From Tubulanus polymorphus (Eukaryota; Animalia; Nemertea), in assembly GCF_964204645.1 (NCBI RefSeq), contig NC_134029.1:5952001-6016000 (forward strand): a stretch of 64,000 nucleotides of DNA. Direction: 5' to 3'. Shown piece by piece: positions 37,301 to 48,834 of this stretch. The notes beneath the pieces were generated by a model. That model was given only the letters and a program-made list of their open reading frames with translations, was not told the DNA's origin and searched no databases. Position numbers and translations under genes: made by a program. Position 1 is the first letter of the stretch. The number at the start of each line of letters is the position of its first letter.

Positions 37301-38650
37301 GCTACTCTGAGATTTTCATTTAAGAAATAATTGCATTAAGAAAAATATTTTAGATTTGTTCTGAGCTAAGCAATATTCCGAGGTGTATGACTCCGAGGTA
37401 TGCGTAGTCTACTGTAGTATACATTTCAAACGAAAAGTCTTTTTCAAGTGGTCGGCTAGCTTCAAGATTGAGCCATTGAGAATTGCCAATACGGATGATA
37501 CGTACATTTTAGAGAATATTATACCCTCTGCCTTCTTTTTCTTAAAAGCTATTGCACATTTTGCTCAAATCGTGATTTAGATTTCTTCACTTCCTAGCTT
37601 ACCGGTAGAACTCAAATCTTCGTAGAACTCAAATCAAATTTGATTTGAGATCTATGATGAGTTATATCCTTATGCCTGCGGTTTTTTCGAAACATTTTGA
37701 AATTTCTTATATTTATCTCCTAGTTGGCTGGGCACGATATGGTTACGGTTTTTTTTTTCTTTGTCTTGTTATTGTTTGGTTTTAGTTGACTATTCGAGGG
37801 TTATTTGGTTATTGTTTTTTAGGTGAACTTTATGCTTGCGATCGCCGCAAATATGACGCGTCTTCGATACAGTCGAGAATTGAATGACTATCGAGATCAG
37901 ATACAAATGGACGAATTACAAAGATAAAAATATAAAAGGCATGTTCATTTAATTCGGCTGCTGTTGATGTCACGACCAGGAATCAGTCGATTTCTCTGGC
38001 TGTTTTACCGTGGTCACCATGGCTGTTCTCTGGCCGTTTAGACAAAATCCACTACATTCCTACCTACTTTAATCACAATTCCAGAAATGAATTTTCTTTC
38101 TGAGTTTGTGGTGTGCTAAGGATTCTGTTTGGTTTCTTGCGGCAAACCAGCCTATGTACCTACTTACACAGGCAGGGTTGTTTCATGTCGTGGCTCAGTC
38201 TAACTTTGTCATCAGGTTCAAATCCCTGCCGGGCAAGGATGAGTGTGTGCTGGTCATTGAGATTTCCTACGCAGAATCTTTAGCATGTGCGGAAACATCT
38301 TGCATTCATTTCGCTACTTATATAAGAGAAGGCAGAGGGAATTTACCGTAATTCGTGGTACAAATTCTTGGGTTTTATTTTTATCTATGATTGATGCATT
38401 GATAGCTCTTAAAAACGATGCATACCGTTATAATGAAATGTCTCTGTTATTCACTTGAGTTTGTCATTCGGTCATTAACGTAATTTCGTTTTAACGTTTT
38501 CAGTCTTTGTTCATGATCACGCTGGCGTTTAATTATACCCGGATCAAAATCGCCAAGGAACTGACGGAATACCGCGACGCCATGGATCTCGAACACACCG
38601 AACTGGACATGGTTGTCGAGAACAAAAATTCAGCTAAAGTACCATACTGA
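34359..38650 (+). CDS. GPM6: Proteolipid protein of the PLP/DM20/M6 (GPM6) tetraspan family; isoform B, 267 aa
   Basis: Exons 34359-34368 (ATG GCC GGG G|gt), 34761-34917, 35005-35164, 35290-35476, 35965-36041, 36527-36592, 38504-38650, all in phase. Motifs CLECMGRIPYASLIATVLCCVG, GFLSTGATR, GGRISAGFF and CFKLAQFGI, with four hydrophobic segments. The very short phase-1 first coding exon resembles PLP1. Confidence 0.92.
35568..35840 (-). mobile_element. tRNA-derived SINE with a conserved central domain (CORE/Nin-like) and LINE-type tail
   Basis: The minus strand reads B-box GGTTCGAATC, then GTGTCCTCAGGCAAGACACTT...CTCTCCACCCAGGAGTAAATGGGTACC, and a tail GCGCTATATAAAT. These motifs are typical of invertebrate SINE superfamilies (recalled, not searched). 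Confidence 0.75.
36805..37414. mobile_element. Tc1/mariner (pogo/Tigger-like) MITE, TA TSD
   Basis: TA|CAGTAGACTCCGCTTACCTCGGA...TCCGAGGTATGCGTAGTCTACTG|TA, with subterminal (C/T)GAGGTATGC repeats. Confidence 0.85.
37823..37927 (+). CDS. GPM6: Alternative terminal coding exon A of the proteolipid gene (isoform A, 253 aa)
   Basis: Acceptor TTGTTTTTAG| in phase 0, encoding VNFMLAIAANMTRLRYSRELNDYRDQIQMDELQR*. It is paralogous to exon 38504-38650. Confidence 0.85.
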   Translation: MNFMLAIAANMTRLRYSRELNDYRDQIQMDELQR

Positions 38651-39601
38651 TCCTTCCGTACTTGTCAGGATCTACTCGGCAATATTTTAAGCTTTTTACG
38701 TATAATAGGCTTTGTGTAAATAGAGAGCTTTTATCGCTTTGTTGATGTGGAAAGAAATATATATGTATATTTTAGTTATGTGCAGCACGGAAACATTCCA
38801 GACACATGTCTCTTCTAACTCATCCCAGTTGAAAGATGTTTGTTGTATCGTTATTGTATCATAATTAAGAAAATCATGATTTTAAATGTTGTACAGAAAA
38901 TCAGTATTTTTGCGTACATTCCTGTCGAGGTGGTTTGCATCTAGTTTATATAAACGAATATATATATTTACATGTCCTCTCCATCCAATATTAAACCTAT
39001 CTCATAGTTTTATACAGGCTAGGGGCTGGTTGGTCTAAAATTTCTATTTACAGTTCTCAATTCAGAAATGAAAATGTGTCCAACTTAAGTGTGATATCCG
39101 AGTTGGATGGTACCGGTATAAATTCCAATTCCTATACCGGTTATGTTAGATTATCAGAAAGAATTTTGGGAAACATCCCTGTTAAACTTTGTCCAAGTTG
39201 ATAGGATCTAACTTGAATCCGAACTGTGCCATGAAATAAATTTTGAGACCTTATGGTTTTGTCCACGGACTTGTCAGCAAGAGCAACTGACCAAAAAAAT
39301 GCAATAACTGGACCATTAAACGGCTATTTCTACAGTAGGTATATTTTTCCTGCCTGAGGGCTGTAAAATTAAGAGAAATGTAAGTAACGAAGAGAATTAC
39401 AAATTATTGTATAGTCAACCTCACCTGAGTCATCTTAGTAGGCACGATTATCGTTAGTGTGTTGACGACTTACACTCGGATCGGTAAAATAAAAACAAGA
39501 AATAGGATGACTGAAGTGAGTTTGACTGTGTCATGTCTTAAGGAGATTATTATGTCTACATGTTTGCGATGTATACAAAGTTCACGTGTTGTAATTTCTA
39601 T

Positions 39602-39843
39602 CATGTTCTTCACAACAGGTTTTAGATCGGCAGTCGCCCCTATCATTTTTACATCCACCCCCCAGAAAATCACCCACCCCTTAGATAGAATATTTGCTGC
39701 CCCGACCAGGAGTGGAAGATCACACCAAAATCAAGCTTAAATTATCTGTATTTTTGGGGGTAGATTGATTTGAAAGCCTTATTACTTCAGCAGCCACTAA
39801 GTCATATAATTGACTTAAACATTCCAGCATCTGGAGAACACTG
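39602..39843. mobile_element. MITE copy (CAGTGTTCTCCA TIR family) in the proteolipid 3' UTR
   Basis: Shares TTTACATCCACCC, TACTTCAGCAGCCA and TTCCAGCATNTGGAGAACACTG with 46629-46932. Confidence 0.65.
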
Positions 39844-40311
39844 TGTCTACGTGTTTTCAATGTATACGTATGATTTAGTATTTTTATCATCTTTTAAAAT
39901 GAATAGAATCAAACAGGCTGAAAATGAACCAGCAGCTGATTCAAATATCCATTCCATTTCACACATATCAATTGGTTATATTTATATTATACAATATATA
40001 TGAAATCTTATTTTATACTGCAGCTATCATGTTGTAAAATATTTTTAATTTAAATCTCTTAAATTTGAGAGACCTGCTCTATATAAACTATTTCTTAGTT
40101 TCTAATTTACTGTATTTTGTATCAATGTACGTAATCAATGCCGTAAATTATATTTGAAAAAGCATTCATTCAATTGATTGATTAAACTGTCCAGGGGCGA
40201 CGTATTTATAAGTTCACAGTTTTTTTTTTTGAAAGGATGTAAATATCGTGAATGATTATAAATCGTAATATATTTAAATTAAGTTGATTGATTAGCGCTT
40301 CGTTTTTGTGA

Positions 40312-40317
40312 AATAAA
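40312..40317 (+). promoter_or_regulatory. Candidate distal poly(A) signal of the proteolipid gene
   Basis: AATAAA at the end of a long U/A-rich UTR-like tract. An earlier AATAAA lies at about 39235. Confidence 0.35.
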
Positions 40318-42094
40318 TCCTCTTATGGCACTGATAAATGCTTCGATATAATTGATGTAACAAAGCTAATGGCAACTTAATTTCCATAAACATAGTCGCT
40401 GTTTAAGTTTTTTTGTAATGGAGGAATTCTGGAGTCTATTAGGATAAATTTACAATTGTTGTCACAAATTATGACTGATTACTATAATTGTCTATTATTT
40501 TGATTGAAACACTAAGGAATAAGAATCCGTCTCAAAATCAATGCTATTTTTTGTACTCGAAATTCAAAATAAATATATCTATAATACAATTCGATTTGGA
40601 GGTTTTAGTTGTGAGATTGCAGAGGTGGCATCATCAAGACATCGGAGAACTTATTCTGTATAGTAGGGATGTGGATTGAGGGACGAGAGTCACGGCAAGA
40701 AAGTGCAAAATACCCATGAGTGTATACCCCTTAGAAGAAGATTCTACAAAAATCTCAATGGATTTGGAGTGTTATTCATGAAATGACGCACATCTTTTCA
40801 TTTAGATCTTGCAAAAATGCATATCACTACTGTCAGTAGACTTCGCCCGACTCAGATCAGTTCAACTCGGATAAATAACCGTTTAACTCGAACGTTTGTT
40901 GAAATATTTTTTGTGACACATTATAACATCCAACTAGGCTAAACACTTTGAGTTCCATAGAAAGGACTACACAATGAAGGAATAATTTTGTAATAAAAAA
41001 CAAGAGATTATTTATTACATTAATACTAATAATTTGTTACCGAAACAGCAACAGATTGAATGAATTAATTTCACGTACCGGTACATACACACAATATTAA
41101 AATGCGAAATGTGCTTTTACGTAAAATGTTGATTGCGTGCTTAATGTATAATAAATATTTCATTGTCATAATCAGTAATATCAATTTCATAGTTCTGAAT
41201 AAGAATTTGTCTTTAAATCGGGTTAAATGATCGGAAATAAAATTTCTTGACTCTGAAAAGGCCGATTGGCCCATGCATCTAATAAACACTTATACTTAAC
41301 AGTTCACAAGTCAAAACCAAGCTTGACTTATTACTGACATTTGAATCTACAGTGAAAATCCTTATCAAATTTTTCCTTATGGTTATAGGTTCTGTAATCT
41401 TAAACGAAGAATAATACCTCATTAGAATTAGATTATAAACGACGGATAAATCTCATGATTTAAAAACACCCCGATTATTATACTTTACATTGCACATCAT
41501 AAATATATTCATGAATTATTGAAGACAGACTACAGGAGAGTTCAAAAGATTTTTAAAAACCTTTTTGATTTGCGAAAACTTGAAACCAATCGGTATCGAA
41601 AATGACGAATACGCGCGGGGTCGGTTTTATAGACCAGTATTAACTTCAACCCGGGGTTAACTCATTGTTCGATTGAGGCAATACTAACTATACCCCCAGG
41701 GTTTAACTCAACTGAGTTATTCCTGGTCTTTAAAACTGTTCCCTCAGTCGACAATACTAAGAATTTTCACAAAGATATTATGAGTCACAAATACCGGTAC
41801 CATAATCATTGAACACGGGTTTCTCACTGACTGCTGGTTAAAATAGTTACCACACAAATGTTATAACAATTCACATGCATAAAAAAGTGAATCCTTCACA
41901 GTATCTATTTCATGTGAAGGTAGAAAATTGAATGAGAAAAATGAGATTTTGTTTTTAAAACGGTCACATAATAAACCACTGTCACATACTAAACCAGTTA
42001 ACTCTTTGGAAAAATAAAGCGAGTAATACATGCAGAAATACAATTTACATCAAACGAATTGTCAGTTGTCAAACAGCTATGAAAGGGACTTATC

Positions 42095-42488
42095 CAGGGT
42101 CCCTATGACTCCTTGATTCCTTAAAAACTCCTTCTAAATGGAAAATGCTTTTGAAGGTGCCTAAACTCCATCAATTTGAGCACAATGCCAAAAACTCCCT
42201 AAATTTTGAGAAATAGGCAATTAGAAATCTTAAAAGTTGCAAGTAAATAGACTACACCTTAATCTGTACAGTAAGGACCAGGATTAGAGTTTATCCAATT
42301 ACCCAGTTTCCAAATAATTAGGGAATTAGGGAAATTTCCAAGGATAGGAATTTGCTTACCTGAATAAGTGGTTTACAGAGATAAACAGTACCAATTTAAG
42401 AGGAGCGAGGCAAACGATTCCTCGAAATTTCAAATTTTCTCCTTTAAAACTCCTTATATCCAAGAATGACTGATCTGTAGGGACCTTG
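42095..42488. mobile_element. MITE with CAGGGTCCCTA TIRs, TSD TTATC/TTATT
   Basis: CAGGGTCCCTA...TAGGGACCTTG with internal AAACTCC(T) subrepeats. Confidence 0.7.
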
Positions 42489-42931
42489 TTATTCAATACT
42501 ATATATAATGATTGTGGATTTTACAATTCAAAATGATTCTTGTTACAATTTGCACGCTACTCACATAATCATTGGCGGAGATGATTTTAAAAGAGCATTC
42601 TCCACATTCAACGAGGTTGAAAATTGAAGGTATTTTACATGATAACATATTAAACATAACTTACAATAAAACAACATTCACAAATTTATAAGAAAGAAAT
42701 GTGTACCCTGATAAATAGTCAGAGAGTAAAGTTTCGACTAAATAACAGCCGTTAACTAAAGAGATATCACAGGTGTCACAGTTGTAAGAACTTCACTCAC
42801 AAATGTGGAACTGGGACAGAATAGCGGGGCAGGAAACTAATACGTATCTAACTTTGAAACCTAACTTTCCAATCGGCCACTTGAAATAAAAAATTGAACT
42901 TTTTGAGAAATACGTCTCGAGATTGAGACTA

Positions 42932-43069
42932 CAGACTCCCATTGCCTCGGATTGCGCAGGATCGATAAATTCTCTTCAGGAGCAAGCAGAGCATAGCATA
43001 AATTGGATGGAGTAGGAAAATTCTAAACATTTTTTGAGATTGTGGCCCCTCGGCAAGGGGAGTCTACTG
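42932..43069. mobile_element. Short pogo-like MITE (CAGTAGACTCC family)
   Basis: TA|CAGACTCCC...GGGAGTCTACTG|TA. Confidence 0.55.
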
Positions 43070-43676
43070 TAGTTGCAAAACATAGTAAGCGAGCAAAGGG
43101 TCATTCATATATCACGTAAGCATAAGAGGGGGAGAAGTAAGTGTAATTGTGTACTGTAATGCTTAATGTACCGGTATATGAAAAACTGGCCGATTTGCAG
43201 ACGAGGGGTTGAAAAATTCAAATTTCATGCGTACGTAATAAATGAATGGTCCCCAACCGGATATAGCATCGCCTAAGAGACGTTAGACCAGTAGGTGACT
43301 AGAAGAAAGTAATAAGTTTTTTTCAAAGTACATGCACATATCTGGCTCAATCTAATAATACTAAAAGGAAAAAAAAAACATGTAGGTTTAAGTACGTAAA
43401 GGACCGGAAAACATAGTCATATACGTAATAATGATGAGAACAGAGAGTTAACGCGCGGAGATCAAAATCTAACTAAGAATTTTTCGTTTGTCTTCGATAC
43501 GGACTGTATCCTACCAGAACCGGCTGCTGCTCACCAGCGAAAATATGTTTTCATACTACGGTGATATTCAATATTTCTCTTGAACATTTGAGTGTCATAC
43601 CACAGATTGCGTTCTGTAGCGCAGAATACGGAACGACGCGATTCGAAGACGAAATCGCCGCATTTGCACGACGATT

Positions 43677-46600
43677 TTACAGTTTTTTCTCCGCACAACG
43701 CGCCTTCGTATCGACCGCGGCCGGAGAAACCGGAGCAGACGGGGCGACCGTTCCGAGTAGGAACGACGATCCGGAGAACTCGAGATATCCGGTGAAATGA
43801 TACGAGATGCTGAAAGCGGCGATGCCGTACTCGCTGAACGAAAACCAACTGAACGCTGAAAATAGAGAGAGAGAGCAGAAATTGAGGAAAAATCTTTTCA
43901 ATCTTTTGTTTTCATGGAAGAGACAATTTTTCATCACGCATGATGAAATATCAGCGACCTGTTGCTCAAAAGATTTATTAAGTTATAAATACAATGCTGC
44001 CAACCTCTGATAAGTGCTACCAGTAACGCATTGAATTTTTTTCAGTATCATTTCATTGAAATGTGTTCAATTAATCAGTAATCAACAGTACGACCCTTAA
44101 CATGTTTCATATTTCTGTATTAAAAGCACCAAACAAATCAATTCAGCATTTCCCGTTATAGCATAGTAACAAATACTGTATATCAGGAAGAGTTGGTCGC
44201 AGTGCAAATTCAATTGTAGATGGTGGATTCTACATGGCATTTATGCATCAGTCAATGTAAACGAACTGTTGAGCAACTAGCCCCCCCGAAATTAATAGTA
44301 CTGAGGGACAGCTGGCACTGGGTGAACTTATCAGACTTCTTGCGAACTAAGTGAAACAAAATGTTCGCAAGTCGGAACTATAGTCTGGAAATAGCAAACC
44401 ACTTTCAATAGCAACTGAGCCTGGTTCACTGTAGATCAGACTTAGTACCAAGATTAGTTCCGACCGCCAGTCGACCAACTACCGAAAACCGAAGTTCGCC
44501 CAGGCTGCTCAGATTGAAGACCAGTCTTGCGGTAATATATCCAAATCTAACAACTTAAAACTAGTCTTAAGATTTCAGACATAAGTCGTGACTGTGGAAC
44601 CCTAGAGTTGTGACTTAGAGTAAATTTGAAATCTTACAAATGGTCTTAAGTTATTCAATCGGCTATGGAGCCTAATCATTGATGAAAAATATTACGAAAT
44701 ATCTACAATTAAAACAACACCGCATAGATAAAGTGTAATAATACAGTCAACACGGCACTTCTTCATGTAATAAGCCTAATATAACGTTTTACAACGATAA
44801 TTATCTGTGTGCTTCAAACATGACCAAATATCGTAACGAAATTCAATTATTCATACATGAAACTCCACAGAGCTTTTCACCAATAAAATGTTTACGAGTA
44901 CTTCTGCACATACAGCCGTGCGGTTTTCAGACTGGTGAATGATGCATGAAAATTTGACATCAAATACACACATGTATTGTGAAAACTCTCCCGATATGTT
45001 TCCGCGCGTGTATCAAAAATTCATCCATACGCCCGTTCAAGATTCTTGAAGTGATTTAGCCGTTTGACAAAGATACCACTTTCGCTATGCCCGAGTTAAA
45101 AATAGCTTTTAACATTTCACATTTCCGGATGAAAACTGTCTTGTGTCTTTGTCTTCAAAGCTTCGAACTGTCTACTATTCTAAACTCAAAGCTAGGGTTA
45201 CTGTAAGTATTTCATCATGTAGTACGTTTCTTTGTTTTAATTCAGATTTTTATCCCGAAAGTGTGTGTAATAAAGTAGCTCGCCGATATATGTTGTATAG
45301 TGCTTAATCTAATTCCATCTTCGATTAATCACCAATTGAGTTGATCCCATTAATTAGATTTTAGGTAATTTGTTACTGATATTATTACTTCAAAAGTAAT
45401 AATATCAGTATCGCAAACATGTCAGCAGTACTATTTCCATTGTATATAAGCAAAATATTTGTTAAAACAAACGGTTTCAAAGTCGGAATCGTAAAATTAG
45501 AAGTTGAAAATAAACTATCCAAATTCAAGCCCATGGTGTTATTTCTATTATGAGAAGGGGACAAGACTTAAAAAACGTCATGACAATATCCCACGTAGCG
45601 ATCATTCAAATCATTTGGGACCAAATGAAATTACCGGTTATTTCATCTATGAGAAATATGGCTGAATTCATTATATTTGTACTTGGCTACATGTGAACCA
45701 TTGATAATTCTGATCTAATCCAACCACTATCTGGATCAGGGCAAGTCTGGATTAAACCAATTCGGACTGAGCAGGCTCGACTGTTGTTCTTATTTCTCCC
45801 TTAGAATTGAATTAAAGATTAAGCGCAGAAAGCTAAAAAAGAAATACGTATTATATAAGAATCTTACCTCCAGGTTCACAGTAAACTCGATGTTTGTAGA
45901 AAAAATACAATAATCCAGCTGTGCTGATACATACTAAAGTCAGCATGTACAATTTCAATTTCAGACTTTTCAATTGCTGAAATTAGGCAGAAGGTCATAA
46001 ATCTTAATCGTCGCGCATTTCATATCGATAACGCCAGAAAACAAATGACATGAATGCTCTAAAATTCAACTCTAAAGCTAAGGAAAGGATTCAGAGGCAT
46101 TTCAGTGAGTTTCTAAAGTTATGGGTCTAGACCACGAGAATCGGGTAATGAAATATATTTACCGTGGGTGTCGGATCTGGACCATATGACCATTTAAATA
46201 GATATGAATGAAGAATCATGTAAGCAATGGACGCCACCATAAAAACAATGAAGATCTTTTCATGAAGTGCTGTAACAAAAATTCAACGTGACATACAGGC
46301 GTTTCAGGGGACAGTTTTAGCGAGGTACCAGTAAAAATATTCAGGAGAGAAAAAATCAAACCAAACAAGATACAGGTACTAGACTTTAGACAAAGTAATC
46401 TAAAGTTTGGGTATTGGGTTCATGTGCGCACGTTAGTGTCCTAACAGAGTACAACGGCACAAAGCTTCCTAACTTCAAGCAGAACAAGACTAACAATTCA
46501 GCTATTGTGGGGGGTTACATTTTGTGCCACCAATGCCTTTTTTTTATCCTAAAAAGTAGCTTGATAACAGGCGACAGTGAGGAGTAGCTGGGCGGGTTAC

Positions 46601-48834
46601 GTGGGAGTTTAATTGATTGATATCAGCACAGTGTTCTCCACAGCAGGTTTTTTCATCTTTACATCCACCCATTTGAAAATCTTATATATTTTCCCATCCA
46701 CCCTTACATAATATCTTCTGTCCCTACCAGAGTGGGGATGTCAATATTCTATCAATGCTAATTTGAAACATCGGGTAGGTTATATTGAGAATGTGAAAAA
46801 TAAAGGATTACTGCAAAATTTACTTAATTTTCTGCTTTTTGGGGGGGGGGGATCAAGCCTTGCTACTTCAGCAGCCAGGATGTCATACACTTAAAACAGA
46901 ATGCAACAAATTCCAGCATATGGAGAACACTGCTAGACCAGTGGTACTTATTATCAGTCAGTAATCGGTTTTTAATGAACGGAATACATGGCCGACCTAG
47001 ACGGAGATACTTACGATAATTTTCAACGTTTGACACGTAAGTAACGCCGATTAGACAAGCATTCTCGGTGACGTTCAACCAAAACGTAATGCGTAACAAC
47101 ACTTTGAATATGCTTCGATGTTCCGGGGCGACGTGACGCATCTGAGTGAGGAAGTAATTCCAGTACATGAATGCCACGAGGAATCGCGGAGTGGAATGTA
47201 GACCGATACACACGCGCCAAACGTACCGTTGCGGCGCGATACCCGTAATGGCGCTGATCGAAGGTATGAAATTTTGAACCTGTGAAATATAATCGAAATT
47301 GTAGGATTTTGTCTAGAGTTTTCGAAAACATTAAATTTCTATCAATATCAGCCTTAAAGTTTAACGATCAGATCGATTTCAATTAATTTGTTCAATTAAT
47401 TAAATAATTTCCAAAATCATTTTATTTTCATCATCATTATTGTAATTTGGCTAATGTTTAAAAAATTGATTTTGGAATTATAATCAATTACAAAACTGGG
47501 GTCGTAAAAATGTGAATACTAATTTTTAATCGATGCAAAAATGGCATAGGCCCTATGCCTAATTACCGGTATGTCTGATTGGCTTTGTCAGAAAAGGTGT
47601 CCGGGATATACGTAATTCACTAGGCAAATATACAATAATAGCCGTGATCACAGTCAAATTTCGGCCCATGCGTAATTAAAGAGTATGTTCATATGTAAAG
47701 CACTCATTCAAAGCGAAGTGAGTCATTTTCGTAAACAGTTGCAGTGTTCGGTTATCCAGTGCTGAAATTTGGCTTGGGTCCGGTCCAAATTTTCGGTTGG
47801 GCCGGACCAAAATCCCAACCACAGCCTGTACCTTATGAGAATCGAACATCCTAATAATAGTAATAAAAGTAATTTTTAAAGCACTAGTCTGAAAACTCAC
47901 TGCGTCTTTTTTGTAATGATGGTGAAAATCCAAAATTTGTTGCCCGAAATTTATATCTAGGCCTAAATAACAGATTTATGAGTCCCTGGATGTTACTTAT
48001 CTAACAAATCTTGATCACTGCAGCAGCTTCTGGACACAAATTCTAGGACATTTTCACAATAAATTAAACGAATTTACCTGTCCAAAAATAGAATATTCGC
48101 AAGGCTGAACTTAATCTACAAATGTGCAGGCTAAAGCGTAAAATGTGGCGCCTCCTTTCAACTTAAAGAGCTGGGCAAAATATTAACAACTTTTCCCAAC
48201 AAACAAACTTTGAAAATCAGAACACAGGCTAGCATGACAGCTAGTGTAGCGTCTTACCACTAAGACCACTGCGGTTTATTGAATACGTTTGAGTTGTTTT
48301 AACTACATAAAAGCATTCAACCTTACGCTTACCCTACCCTAGCTGTAAAACAAACCATAAACCTACCCAACTGGACCCTTTAGACTCTATACCAAATCAA
48401 AAAATTAGTATATCATACAATATAAAGATGTCGGCAAAATAGCCTTTACTGAAATAATACCATATCGCCAAAATATCCACTTCTAATTTTTGCATAAAAA
48501 CTTAATTCTCTCGGTTCGTACTTACTTTACAGAATGTGTGATTGACTTGATCGAATTGGAAGATCATCGACGTAACGAAACAGAAGAACATCGACAGTAA
48601 GGGTAGACACGTGGTAGCTATAGCAAAAAATCTAAACGATACCCGCAAATGAAGCGAATCTACTTTCAAACTTGTTTGTTGTTGAGGGTTTAGAGTAGTC
48701 GGATGCGGTTCCACTGTTTCTTGTTGTTGTTGTACCACTCGTTTTTGACAGTTGCAGCAATTCTTGCCGTTTTCATCGTGGTCCTGTTGCGTACGTTGGC
48801 GCAATAAATAACCATTTCTCGTCTCCATCGTCAT
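43677..48834 (-). CDS. PGAP2: Post-GPI attachment to proteins factor 2-like (PGAP2/FRAG1; Frag1/DRAM/Sfk1 family), 322 aa
   Basis: Exons 48526-48834, 47015-47279, 46163-46269, 45868-45976, 43677-43855, all GT-AG and in phase. Motifs THC-like TFCKVQNFIPSISA, PQRYVWRVCIGLHSTPRF, ENYPLHEKIFIVF, and KHRVYCEPGAFSWFSFSEY...YHFT. The acceptor at 48847 implies a non-coding first exon further right. Confidence 0.93.
46629..46932. mobile_element. MITE with perfect 12-bp TIR CAGTGTTCTCCA (hAT-like ends)
   Basis: TIRs at 46629-46640 and 46921-46932, with a second copy at 39602-39843. No TSD is recognisable. Confidence 0.75.

Noticed and set aside
38187-38235. tRNA gene
   Set aside because: The A and B boxes are too close, and no acceptor or anticodon arms can be folded. 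It is kept only as part of the structured-RNA finding.
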